Positions 48,423-57,177 of a DNA stretch of 64,000 nt are shown here, in pieces; the first letter of the stretch is position 1; each line of letters opens with the position of its first letter. The notes beneath the pieces were generated by a model. The model saw only the letters and a program-made list of their open reading frames with translations, did no database searches and was not told the DNA's origin. This DNA comes from an uncultured archaeon (GTDB lineage Archaea; Aenigmatarchaeota; Aenigmatarchaeia; CAZXUR01), in the NCBI GenBank assembly GCA_964644245.1, contig CAZXUR010000003.1:16585-80584 (forward strand). The letters run 5' to 3'. Made by a program: the position numbers and the translations under genes.

Positions 48423-50438
48423 GTGAACAAACTAGGGCGAAAACATGGGAATGCGAACAGGAAGTCAAGTAAGAAGAAATACATAGTCACAGCTGCCCTT
48501 CCCTACGTGAACAACGTGCCCCATCTGGGCAATCTGGTAGTCACTGTTTCTGCCGACGTCTTTTACAGATTCCTGAGGTCTAGAGGAGAAGATGTCGTAT
48601 ACATATGCGGCTCTGACGAGCACGGAACTACTACGGAATCAATAGCAATCAAGGAAGGCATAAGTCCCAGAGCCGTCTGCAGCAAGTACAGGAAAATCCA
48701 CAAGCGGATATACAAGTGGTTCAACCTGGATTTTACCCATTTTGGGAGGACTTCTTCAAAGGAGAATCACAAGACCACCAAGGAATTCTTCAAGAAACTG
48801 GACAAGAACGGCTATATATGTGAAGAAGAAGTGGAAGAAGTCTACTGTCCCGAGTGTGAACGAGTGCTCGCGGACAGGTTCGTGGAAGGCAGTTGCCCGC
48901 ATTGCGGATGCGAGGAGGCCAGAGGAGACCAGTGCGATGCCTGCGGTCATTTGCTCGACTCAAAGGACCTGGTCGATGCGCGTTGCAAGTTCTGCGGCAC
49001 AAAGCCGGAGTTCAAGAAGAGCGACCACCTGTTCCTGGACCTGCCTAAACTGGAGAAGGAACTGTCGAAATGGGTGAACAAACAGAAGCAGTGGCCCGTG
49101 AACGCGAGGACCATGACCAAGTCCTGGCTCAAAGAGGGTCTTAAGCCCAGGTGCATCACACGCAGCCTGAAATGGGGGGTCAAAGTGCCCAAGAAGGGGC
49201 ACGAGGACAAGGTATTCTACTCATGGTTCGATGCGCCCCTGGGATACATATCAATCACCAAAGAATGGGGAAAGAGGAAATGGAAGAAGTACTGGAAGGG
49301 CAACAGCAAGCTCTACCAGTTCTTGGGAAAGGATAACATTCCCTTCCACACCATCATATGGCCTTCGGAATTGATAGGGGTGGATGACGACTATGTGCTC
49401 CCGCATCAAATAGCGTCCAACGAATATCTCAACTACGAAGGAGGAAAATTCTCCAAATCCAAAGGAACCGGTCTGTTCGGTGATGATGTCATGGACACCG
49501 GGATACCTGCAGACGTCTGGAGGTTCTATATAATCTACAACCGGCCCGAGAAGTCCGACCATGAGTTTTCCTGGCGGGACTTACAGTCTCTGGTGAACAA
49601 CGAACTGGTTGCTAACTTCGGCAATTTCGTCAATCGCACACTCACTTTTCTGAAGAATAACTACAAGGGCAAGATACCCAAGCCTAATCTGAAAAAGGAA
49701 GACAAGTCGCTACTCAAGAAGGTGGAGAAGAAGAGGGAGAAAGTGACCGGGCATCTAGAGGAAATTAAAGAGAAAGACGCATTGAAGACAGTGATGGAAA
49801 TTTCTGCTTTGGGCAACAAGTATTTCCAGAAGAACGAGCCGTGGAAGACCGTCAAGGACAGGCCAGAAAAGGCTGCCACCACCGTCTACGTGTGTGCCAA
49901 CCTGGTTAAGACTTTGGGCATACTCATAGGACCATTTCTCCCGTCTACCTCAGAGAAGATATGGAAGCAGTTGGGGCTGAAGAGGGGAAGGAAATGGGAT
50001 AACCAGAAGCGGCTGAAGCCGGGCCGCAAGATAGGCAGGCCGAAGATATTGTTTGAAAAACTCAAAGACAAAGAGATGAAAAAGTTCAGGGAAAAGTTCT
50101 CTGGTAAAAAAGGAAAAGGAGGAGATTACGTGGATTTCAAAGATTTCCAGAAGATGGATTTGAGGGTTGCGAAAGTGCTCAACGTAGAAGACGTGGAAGG
50201 AAAGGACAAGTTGTACAAGCTGGACATAGATTGCGGTGACAAGAGAACTATAGTCGCGGGAATAAAGCCTTTCTACAAGAAGGACGAACTCAAGGGAAAG
50301 AACATCGTCGTGGTTGCCAATTTAGAGCCAAAGAAGATTGCCGGCATACAGTCTAAAGGTATGTTACTTGCGGTTGAAGACGGTTCCTCACTCCTGACTC
50401 TGGACAAAGACGTGGAAGCAGGAAAGAAAGTCGCTTAA
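48423..50438 (+). CDS. metG: methionine--tRNA ligase with C-terminal tRNA-binding domain
   Basis: ALPYVNNVPHLGN, zinc knuckles, GKDNIPFH, KFSKS; start (GTG) uncertain. Confidence 0.95.
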   Translation: MNKLGRKHGNANRKSSKKKYIVTAALPYVNNVPHLGNLVVTVSADVFYRFLRSRGEDVVYICGSDEHGTTTESIAIKEGISPRAVCSKYRKIHKRIYKWFNLDFTHFGRTSSKENHKTTKEFFKKLDKNGYICEEEVEEVYCPECERVLADRFVEGSCPHCGCEEARGDQCDACGHLLDSKDLVDARCKFCGTKPEFKKSDHLFLDLPKLEKELSKWVNKQKQWPVNARTMTKSWLKEGLKPRCITRSLKWGVKVPKKGHEDKVFYSWFDAPLGYISITKEWGKRKWKKYWKGNSKLYQFLGKDNIPFHTIIWPSELIGVDDDYVLPHQIASNEYLNYEGGKFSKSKGTGLFGDDVMDTGIPADVWRFYIIYNRPEKSDHEFSWRDLQSLVNNELVANFGNFVNRTLTFLKNNYKGKIPKPNLKKEDKSLLKKVEKKREKVTGHLEEIKEKDALKTVMEISALGNKYFQKNEPWKTVKDRPEKAATTVYVCANLVKTLGILIGPFLPSTSEKIWKQLGLKRGRKWDNQKRLKPGRKIGRPKILFEKLKDKEMKKFREKFSGKKGKGGDYVDFKDFQKMDLRVAKVLNVEDVEGKDKLYKLDIDCGDKRTIVAGIKPFYKKDELKGKNIVVVANLEPKKIAGIQSKGMLLAVEDGSSLLTLDKDVEAGKKVA

Positions 50439-50929
50439 GACTGACCGAACTTCTCTTTATAGACAACTTCCTCCAGAGGTTTTCTGGTGGAGGAAGGTTC
50501 CTCGTCGGGATAGCCGAAAGGCATGATTGTCAGGAGATGTAACTCTTCAGGGACTTCAAGTATCTCTTTTGCCTTGTCCCTGTTCAAAGAGCCTATCCAG
50601 CAAGTTCCCAGACCCTCGTTCCAGGCTTCGAGTGCGAGGTTCTCCGTGACAAGTGCTCCGTCTACGTTGTGCCACTTTGAGGAAGGGTCAGTGACCACTG
50701 CTATGGCAAAGGCAGCGTCCTTGATGAAATTGCCATAATCTGCTTCCTCTGATATTTCATTCAACAGTTTTCCGTCTTTTATGACTATGAACTTCCATGG
50801 TTCGATATGCCTTGCGGTGGGAGCCCATCTGCCTGCTTCTAGGATTTTTTCAATCACATCATCCGGGACTTTCTTGTCCTTGAACTTTCTGACTGAACGT
50901 CTTTCCTTTATGCATTTGAAGGTGTCCAT
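50435..50929 (-). CDS. nitroreductase family protein
   Basis: RRSVRKF, WAPTA...PWKF, GLGTCWIG, FGYP. Confidence 0.92.
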   Translation of the reverse strand: MDTFKCIKERRSVRKFKDKKVPDDVIEKILEAGRWAPTARHIEPWKFIVIKDGKLLNEISEEADYGNFIKDAAFAIAVVTDPSSKWHNVDGALVTENLALEAWNEGLGTCWIGSLNRDKAKEILEVPEELHLLTIMPFGYPDEEPSSTRKPLEEVVYKEKFGQS

Positions 50930-50938
50930 GCAATCACA

Positions 50939-51040
50939 TGGGCCCAGAGGGATTCGAACCCCCGACCCCACGGTTAAGAGCCGCGTGCTTTCGGCGTGAA
51001 AGATCGGGTCTATCACTCTACCAGACTGAGCTATGGGCCC
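50939..51040 (-). tRNA. tRNA-Lys(CTT) with 28-nt intron at 22/23 (50990-51017)
   Basis: GGGCCCA/TGGGCCC acceptor, CGCGG-CT-CTT-AA-CCGTG arm; BHB helix TGGT/GCCG; splicing restores the GCTC/GAGC D-stem. Confidence 0.9.
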
Positions 51041-51111
51041 TAAGCTTATTTACAACCTCTATTTAAAAACATTTAAAGAATTGTCTTTCTCTTTTTTCCA
51101 AGAATTGTGAT

Positions 51112-51255
51112 TTACTTTTTTCTTTTCTTTGATTTACCAAAGCCGCATGCAGAACATACAGAAGTCTTTATGTTATAGGAGCGCCTACCACAACGTCTAC
51201 AACGGATGTGGGTCTTCCCTTGGTGTTTGCCAAAGGAAGGTCCTCCTTTAGCCAT
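51112..51255 (-). CDS. rpl37e: 50S ribosomal protein L37e
   Basis: Manual translation [42 protein letters not shown]. Confidence 0.93.
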   Translation of the reverse strand: MAKGGPSFGKHQGKTHIRCRRCGRRSYNIKTSVCSACGFGKSKKRKK

Positions 51256-51260
51256 AACCT

Positions 51261-51494
51261 TCACTCCTTCTTGCTATCTTCCGGTGAGGCGATGATTATG
51301 TTGTCTCCACGGACTAGGATTACCCCTAATTTTGTCTTCTTGTCGTCTCCGATTTCCTCGGCATCGTCAAGCCACATGTTCAGGTGCAGGTCTAAAGCTT
51401 GAAGGATGCCGGCAATCTTGTCTCCGTTCTTTAAACGTATCAAAACTCTTTTTCCCTTTGCTTCATTCAAAACGTCTATCGGTCTATCAGGCAT
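51261..51494 (-). CDS. Sm-like archaeal protein (SmAP/Lsm)
   Basis: RPIDVL, D.HLNM.L, VRGDNI; usual pairing with rpl37e. Confidence 0.93.
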   Translation of the reverse strand: MPDRPIDVLNEAKGKRVLIRLKNGDKIAGILQALDLHLNMWLDDAEEIGDDKKTKLGVILVRGDNIIIASPEDSKKE

Positions 51495-51560
51495 ACAATC
51501 ACCTAAGATTTAACTTATAGGCTTTTAAAACTTTATATTGTTTTACATCTTAAGAAGAGC

Positions 51561-51947
51561 ATGACAAAATGGCAAAAACGTTCCAGAAAGAAGACCACCG
51601 GGGGTATACTCAGGCCTCACGGCCAGAAAAGAAGGCATCAGAGAGGCAGGGACTATCATCCTGCCGAACTAGGAGAAAACAAGGTGGTAAAGGTGAAGGG
51701 GCGGGGAGGCCAAAAGAAAAAGAGACTCCTTTCCGTCAACACCGCCAACATACAGACCGGTAAAAAGGTCAAGAAGGCAAAAATACTGGACGTCCTCGAA
51801 AATCCTGCCAATATACACTTCGTGAGGAGGAACATAGTTACCAAAGGCGCGGTCGTAGACACTGATTTGGGCAAGGCAAAAGTCACTTCAAGGCCCGGAC
51901 AGTCCGGTGTTGTGAACGCAAAACTCATAAAGGAGAAGAAAGAGTAG
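51561..51947 (+). CDS. rps8e: 30S ribosomal protein S8e
   Basis: RSRKKTTGG, RRNIVTKGA, VTSRPGQSG. Confidence 0.96.
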   Translation: MTKWQKRSRKKTTGGILRPHGQKRRHQRGRDYHPAELGENKVVKVKGRGGQKKKRLLSVNTANIQTGKKVKKAKILDVLENPANIHFVRRNIVTKGAVVDTDLGKAKVTSRPGQSGVVNAKLIKEKKE

Positions 51948-52169
51948 AATTTTCTGTTTGGTATTCCAAATTCTCTCCACAAAAGGATATTACACTAGTT
52001 TTTACTGGACGTGTTTCCGCCTGATTGACTGGAATCAGTCGGTTTAACTGGCTTAAGCTAATAGTGTTTTTACAACAAATATGAAGCATTACCAACATTA
52101 ATTTTATTAAGGAGGCCTTTTTAAGCATCTGTGTCTATTTAAGTAGAATTATTCCTAGTACGGCTGGGG

Positions 52170-52185
52170 TAAAAACTATATATAA
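52170..52185 (+). promoter_or_regulatory. putative BRE/TATA promoter of the giant surface-protein gene
   Basis: AAAAAC-TATATATA-A; typical archaeal spacing puts the TSS near 52207-52211 (inferred). Confidence 0.6.
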
Positions 52186-52222
52186 CCGTTAAGCCAATTA
52201 TTAGTGTATAAGTGGTAGTAGT

Positions 52223-55200
52223 ATGCCTAAAAGGGCTGAAAATGACGTATTTTTAACTATATCCATATTTTTTGGTATCCTATTTTTACTCCTTCTAGTG
52301 CCTCCCGAAAGTGTCTTTCAGTCGTCAGAGTGGGATGGCGTGCTGACGGTTAAGGAGACGGACGTACACCTAGAGTTTGAACAAGGTCTTTACTCTTGCT
52401 CCAACGACATCCTGGTGACCACCGGCAGGACGGCGGTTGAATTTCAAGTCTACAACCAGACTTTCGTCAACGGCAAGTGCAAGGAATTCAATGTAAAAAT
52501 TGACTCCCGACCGGGAAAGGCCTTTGACAGCGTTCTTATGATTCCGCATGGCGATTTTGTTAAGGATTTCTTTTTTCTTTTAGAGCCCACTTATCACATA
52601 TACTACAGGGAAAGAGCGGAACCCCCAGTCCAGGTGAAAAACGAATCCAAGGGTAAAATAAACGTGATAACTAAGTTCACCTGGCGTTTGGAAGAAAGCA
52701 GTTACATTTCTCAGAACATTCAATTCGAATTCAATGAGACAGAGAAATTGATAGAGGGAAACCCTGCTGAAATTGTTGTCAACTGGAAATGGAAAAATGA
52801 GAGTATCAAAGAAGATTTCATGGAGTGCGTCTACAGGAACAAAAACAAATGCATGGAAAAGTTCGGCGACAAGGATTACCGGTTCGACAGAAAGACTGGG
52901 ATGTTGACTTCCGAGGAATTTTTTTTGGGAAAACAAATTAATACCAGAGACTTCATGTCTGACCTGAATCATTTATTCGAGTCAGGAATGCCGTTGAATC
53001 CGGTAACCGAACACGTACATGCGAGAAGCTTTGATGCTTCCAAAGACTCTGGACGCTTTAAAATATTCTTGAGGAAAGGGTGGAAATCCGGGGAGACTAT
53101 TGAAATTGGGTTTGCTACAACTACATTCACCCTGACTGCCCTTGAAAATAATACACGAATTGGAGACTCGACTCCCGATTTTCAGTTCAGAGTTGAGGGT
53201 GATTATGACGGTTATGAGGCAGAACTTTTTATAAACACCACCGGGGACACGATGGAAGGTTATGGATCGGTTTTAGTCTTGAATGCGACTGATTCCAATA
53301 TAACCGCGAACCAGAGTTTGAGCGATGGTGCCTATCGCTGGTATGTCAATGCCACAAACAGCTCTGCCACATCCCAGTCCGATATACAATATTTTACAGT
53401 GGACACAACTCCCCCGACCTTTGAAGGGAATTTCACATCTCCTCCATCCTCTTCCCATTACGAGTACGGCGCCAAGTATATTTTCAACATATCATGGGAA
53501 GAAGAAATGACTAATTGCATACTTGAATTCAATGGCACCAACTACACCATGACTCAATCCCCAAAATGGAGGGCTTCGTCGCTAAACACCAGTCTGACTT
53601 CTACCGGAGGAAGTTCGTCTCCGGCATTTTACGATATCCATGGCGACGGTCTCGTGGACATGATAGCAGGTACATCCGGAGGAGATTTCCTCGGCTACAC
53701 ATGGTACAACGACCAATGGCATCAGAATAGTTCCATTATCAGCGGTCTTCCGGATATGGGTTCTTCCTCCAATCCATGCATGTATGATATTGAGGGGAAT
53801 GAATACTTGGATATGCTGTCCGGCAATAGTCTCGGCTTTACCAAGGGATTCACCTGGGACGGCTCTCAGTGGAACGGAAATTCCACCATCAACAGTTCCA
53901 TCATAGATGTAGGAATATATTCCTCTCCCATGATTTACAACATTGGAAACAACGACCGATTGGACCTGATTGTCGGTAACGGTGATGGCCGTGCTTGGGG
54001 GTTCACGTGGAATGGTTCTGAGTGGATTCAAAATGCCACCGTAAACAAATCACTCCCAGACTTTGGAAGTGACCTTGAACTTTCCATGTTTGATATAGAC
54101 GGAAATGGAGTTACGGATATGATAGCAGGGAATGAAAACGGTGATTTACTTTCCTTTACCTGGAACGGTTCCCAGTGGACGGGGAACACCACACTGAACA
54201 GGTCTCTGATGAGAATGGGAAATAACACAGCCCCCTACATTTACGACATAGATGATGACGGCCTCACCGATATGATGGTGGGGAACCTTGACGGATACTT
54301 CCATTCCTTTACTTACCATCAATACGAATACTACCTAGAATTCAACGACCTGAGAGCAGGAAACTACACTTGGAAGGTTTACGGAAACGACAGTGTGGGA
54401 AACATAAACACAACGGACACCTGGAATTATCAGATAAAGAGAGCACCAACTGAAACCAACCTGACGTTGAACGGTTCTGATTCTGACTATACATTCGACC
54501 AGTATGTGGACGCAAACTTCACCGTCACTCTAAACGCCACTCCGGCCAATTATTATCTGAACTTGACCACCAACATATCCGGATGGGAAGAAGTAAATGG
54601 CACCAGCCCGCTCTACAACCTCACAACCACCTCGGATATAAACATATTCAACATCACCGGCTACTATCTGGGCGAAGAGAACTACACTGAATCAAGCGAG
54701 ACTCATTTTGCCACGGTTCGTGACAGCGTGTCTCCTTCAGTTGATATAACCGGCCCTTCCAACAACTCTAACGTCTACAGAATACTCATAGTGAATGTTA
54801 CACTCAACGACAGTGGCGGGGAGGGTATAGACAAGGATAATGTCTACTGCAGATTTGACGGATATTCATGGAACAACATGACAAACAACACTGGTCTGGT
54901 CTTCAATGCGTCCATAAATACTAGCGCTTACAGTGACGGAGACTACATCTTGAGGATAAACGGGAGCGACTTGGCTGGAAACTCAAACACCTCTTACTAT
55001 CACGTAGTTACTGTTGATAACGTCAATGCACCTGAACCTGAAGGGGCTGTGGAAAGCGATGATTCTTCTGGCGGTGGCGGTGGCGGCGGAAGCAGCGAGA
55101 AGAAGTATGAAAACTTCACCGCTGGATACGACCTGAACGTTGAGATAGTCTCCGGTTCCCGAAGGCATGGAAAAGTATGGGTCAGGAATACCGGGAAAAA

Positions 55201-56755
55201 CACTGAAATAAATGTGACTTTGTCAGAGGAAATTTCTCCTTATCTGAGAATAGACAAGGAATACTTCGAACTCGAGGAAAACGAGATGGAATGGGTAAAT
55301 TTAGTCTTTGATGCTCCCAAAAAGGAGCCTGAAAAGACAATCAAAGGAGAAATTACTTTTGTGGGCAAGGACGTAGAAAGGAGCCTGGACCTTGTCATGC
55401 GTATAGTTCCGCCCAATTTCAAGGTAGATGTGTTTGTTCCACCTGAATTCAGGGAAGTGTACCCTGGTGACTCCATACTGGTGAATATCAGCCTTGAAAA
55501 CCTGGGGATACCCGAGGACCTGCCTCTGCAGTTCGTGTATTTTGTGGAAGACTGGGAGGGCAACCAATTTTACAAGGAAGAAGACACCATCACAGTCGAA
55601 TATGATTACAAGATTACTGAAAACATAACATTCCCTTCCAACCTCTCCCTCGGAAAATACAAATTGGAGGCAGACTTGTCCTACTACGATATGACTTCCT
55701 ATGACTATGAGAATGTGACAGTGGTTAACAGGCCGCTTACTTTTTACCTGATTCCCATACATTCAGAACTCAGGAATTATGTGGACATACCCTTTGACTG
55801 GTTTTTAATTTTGCTCCTGCTTTTGCTGGTCTTCTGTCTTTTGGTGATGATAGAGGCTCTGAGAATTCATCGGGAATCAAAAAGGAAAAAACAAGAGACG
55901 GGAACAGGAGGGCAGCATCTGCCAAACCTGTGGAAGAGGTTGGAGGACTTGTTGTACGAGGAGAAAATCCCGGACACCGGAAACCGGACCTATTTGTTTG
56001 GAGAAACACAGAAGGAAAAAAGAATCAGAAGACCGGTAGTGGCATTGATATTCGTATTTAACATCCTTTTCATCCTCCTTGCGCTTTTCTATTTCAATCT
56101 GGTTCCAATTGAGTTGGAAACCACCGGTGGCCTGGTCTATCGGAGCAAAGACCGTTTCATAATTGATGGTGTGGTGAATTATATATCGTACTCTTCAGGA
56201 AATCAAGACCTGGAAATGCTCAAGCAAATCCCGCTGGAACTGTGGGTTCTGGTACTTGCTCTGGTCCTTATCGCGTTGGTCTTCTTGATACTAAAGCTGA
56301 TAGACTGGGTTAAGAAAAAATTGAGACATTCAATAAGAGAAAAGGTAGATTCGGGGAAGGAGGTCGTGGATGTATTCCTGGACCTCATGGATTCCCATCA
56401 TTCTTCCAGTTTCGTTTTTGGAACTTCTACACGGTTGGCGCTGGCAGTACTACTACCACTTCTAATCTCGCCGGCGCCCTTACACCATTTTTCAAATTTT
56501 GCATTGGCACTGTATCAGATACTACCACTTCTAGTTCTCGGTGTGGTGTCAATGCTTTTCTATATTCAATCTTCACTTCGTCTGTATATAAATCTTCAAG
56601 AACCATTCTTCCAGTTTCGTTTTTGGAACTTCTACACGGTTGGCGCTGGCAGTACTACTACCACTTCTAATCTCGCCGGCGCCCCCAACCCATTCAGAAC
56701 TTGTTTTTCACAAAATTTGTGGAGTCTTTGTAGTCATCGTATCCCACTGGGTTGA
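52223..56755 (+). CDS. large surface/adhesin-like protein (Ig-like domains, FG-GAP repeats, C-terminal TM helices)
   Basis: N-terminal TM; five DxxGxxxxDMxxG repeats; many NxT/S sequons; GGGGGG linker; the last ~120 codons run through the repeat array and overlap hjc, so the true 3' end is uncertain. Confidence 0.8.
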   Translation: MPKRAENDVFLTISIFFGILFLLLLVPPESVFQSSEWDGVLTVKETDVHLEFEQGLYSCSNDILVTTGRTAVEFQVYNQTFVNGKCKEFNVKIDSRPGKAFDSVLMIPHGDFVKDFFFLLEPTYHIYYRERAEPPVQVKNESKGKINVITKFTWRLEESSYISQNIQFEFNETEKLIEGNPAEIVVNWKWKNESIKEDFMECVYRNKNKCMEKFGDKDYRFDRKTGMLTSEEFFLGKQINTRDFMSDLNHLFESGMPLNPVTEHVHARSFDASKDSGRFKIFLRKGWKSGETIEIGFATTTFTLTALENNTRIGDSTPDFQFRVEGDYDGYEAELFINTTGDTMEGYGSVLVLNATDSNITANQSLSDGAYRWYVNATNSSATSQSDIQYFTVDTTPPTFEGNFTSPPSSSHYEYGAKYIFNISWEEEMTNCILEFNGTNYTMTQSPKWRASSLNTSLTSTGGSSSPAFYDIHGDGLVDMIAGTSGGDFLGYTWYNDQWHQNSSIISGLPDMGSSSNPCMYDIEGNEYLDMLSGNSLGFTKGFTWDGSQWNGNSTINSSIIDVGIYSSPMIYNIGNNDRLDLIVGNGDGRAWGFTWNGSEWIQNATVNKSLPDFGSDLELSMFDIDGNGVTDMIAGNENGDLLSFTWNGSQWTGNTTLNRSLMRMGNNTAPYIYDIDDDGLTDMMVGNLDGYFHSFTYHQYEYYLEFNDLRAGNYTWKVYGNDSVGNINTTDTWNYQIKRAPTETNLTLNGSDSDYTFDQYVDANFTVTLNATPANYYLNLTTNISGWEEVNGTSPLYNLTTTSDINIFNITGYYLGEENYTESSETHFATVRDSVSPSVDITGPSNNSNVYRILIVNVTLNDSGGEGIDKDNVYCRFDGYSWNNMTNNTGLVFNASINTSAYSDGDYILRINGSDLAGNSNTSYYHVVTVDNVNAPEPEGAVESDDSSGGGGGGGSSEKKYENFTAGYDLNVEIVSGSRRHGKVWVRNTGKNTEINVTLSEEISPYLRIDKEYFELEENEMEWVNLVFDAPKKEPEKTIKGEITFVGKDVERSLDLVMRIVPPNFKVDVFVPPEFREVYPGDSILVNISLENLGIPEDLPLQFVYFVEDWEGNQFYKEEDTITVEYDYKITENITFPSNLSLGKYKLEADLSYYDMTSYDYENVTVVNRPLTFYLIPIHSELRNYVDIPFDWFLILLLLLLVFCLLVMIEALRIHRESKRKKQETGTGGQHLPNLWKRLEDLLYEEKIPDTGNRTYLFGETQKEKRIRRPVVALIFVFNILFILLALFYFNLVPIELETTGGLVYRSKDRFIIDGVVNYISYSSGNQDLEMLKQIPLELWVLVLALVLIALVFLILKLIDWVKKKLRHSIREKVDSGKEVVDVFLDLMDSHHSSSFVFGTSTRLALAVLLPLLISPAPLHHFSNFALALYQILPLLVLGVVSMLFYIQSSLRLYINLQEPFFQFRFWNFYTVGAGSTTTTSNLAGAPNPFRTCFSQNLWSLCSHRIPLG
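56399..56690 (+). repeat. three-hairpin array: exact 81-bp direct repeat (56399-56479 and 56604-56684) plus a divergent middle unit
   Basis: Identical copies 205 bp apart; all three units carry TACTACCACTTCTA in a 23-24-nt loop closed by a stem. Confidence 0.92.
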
Positions 56756-57086
56756 AGTCGAATTTCTCCAGGTCCAGAAACATTATTTTTCTCTTCCTTC
56801 CTTTCTTCCTCTTGAATTTTAATATGAGCACTGGTTTGGCGCCGGAAGACTTGGCTGCTTTCTTCAATTCCTCGAACTGGTCTATTTCACGGTCGTAAAT
56901 GTAGAATTTTTTGCCGAATATTGCTTTGCATTCGATCAGGAACACCTTTGCCCCGCGTATGTAGACCAAATCGCAGATATTTACCTTGCCAGTCCCTGAA
57001 CCGCCGACCCGTATACAAACGCCCCTTTCGTTCAGGTACCCCTGTATTTCCCTCTCGAATTTGGAACCCGCCTTTTTGTTTGACAT
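56694..57086 (-). CDS. hjc: Holliday junction resolvase Hjc
   Basis: GSKFERE, RVGGSG, DLV, LIECK. Confidence 0.85.
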   Translation of the reverse strand: MSNKKAGSKFEREIQGYLNERGVCIRVGGSGTGKVNICDLVYIRGAKVFLIECKAIFGKKFYIYDREIDQFEELKKAAKSSGAKPVLILKFKRKKGRKRKIMFLDLEKFDFNPVGYDDYKDSTNFVKNKF

Positions 57087-57177
57087 GCCTATAGTTGGTG
57101 TTTTAGAATAAAAAAGATTACAAACCCCTATTTAAAGCTTTCGGTTTATAAAATTAACAGTAATGGGGATGTGATGT

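Noticed and set aside
50930..51016. N-terminal extension of the nitroreductase ORF in the track
   Set aside because: It overlaps tRNA-Lys; the real start is the ATG at 50929.
51948..52222. SRP (7S) RNA next to rps8e
   Set aside because: Too AT-rich, with no recognisable helix 8 motif or long GC-rich stems.
53600..54310. Repeated DNA motifs inside the giant gene
   Set aside because: Explained by protein-level FG-GAP repeats; no TR/VR pair or reverse transcriptase is visible to suggest a diversity-generating retroelement.
56399..56690. CRISPR array interpretation of the repeat cluster
   Set aside because: Only two 81-bp copies plus one divergent unit; no regular short repeat/unique spacer pattern and no cas genes in the window.
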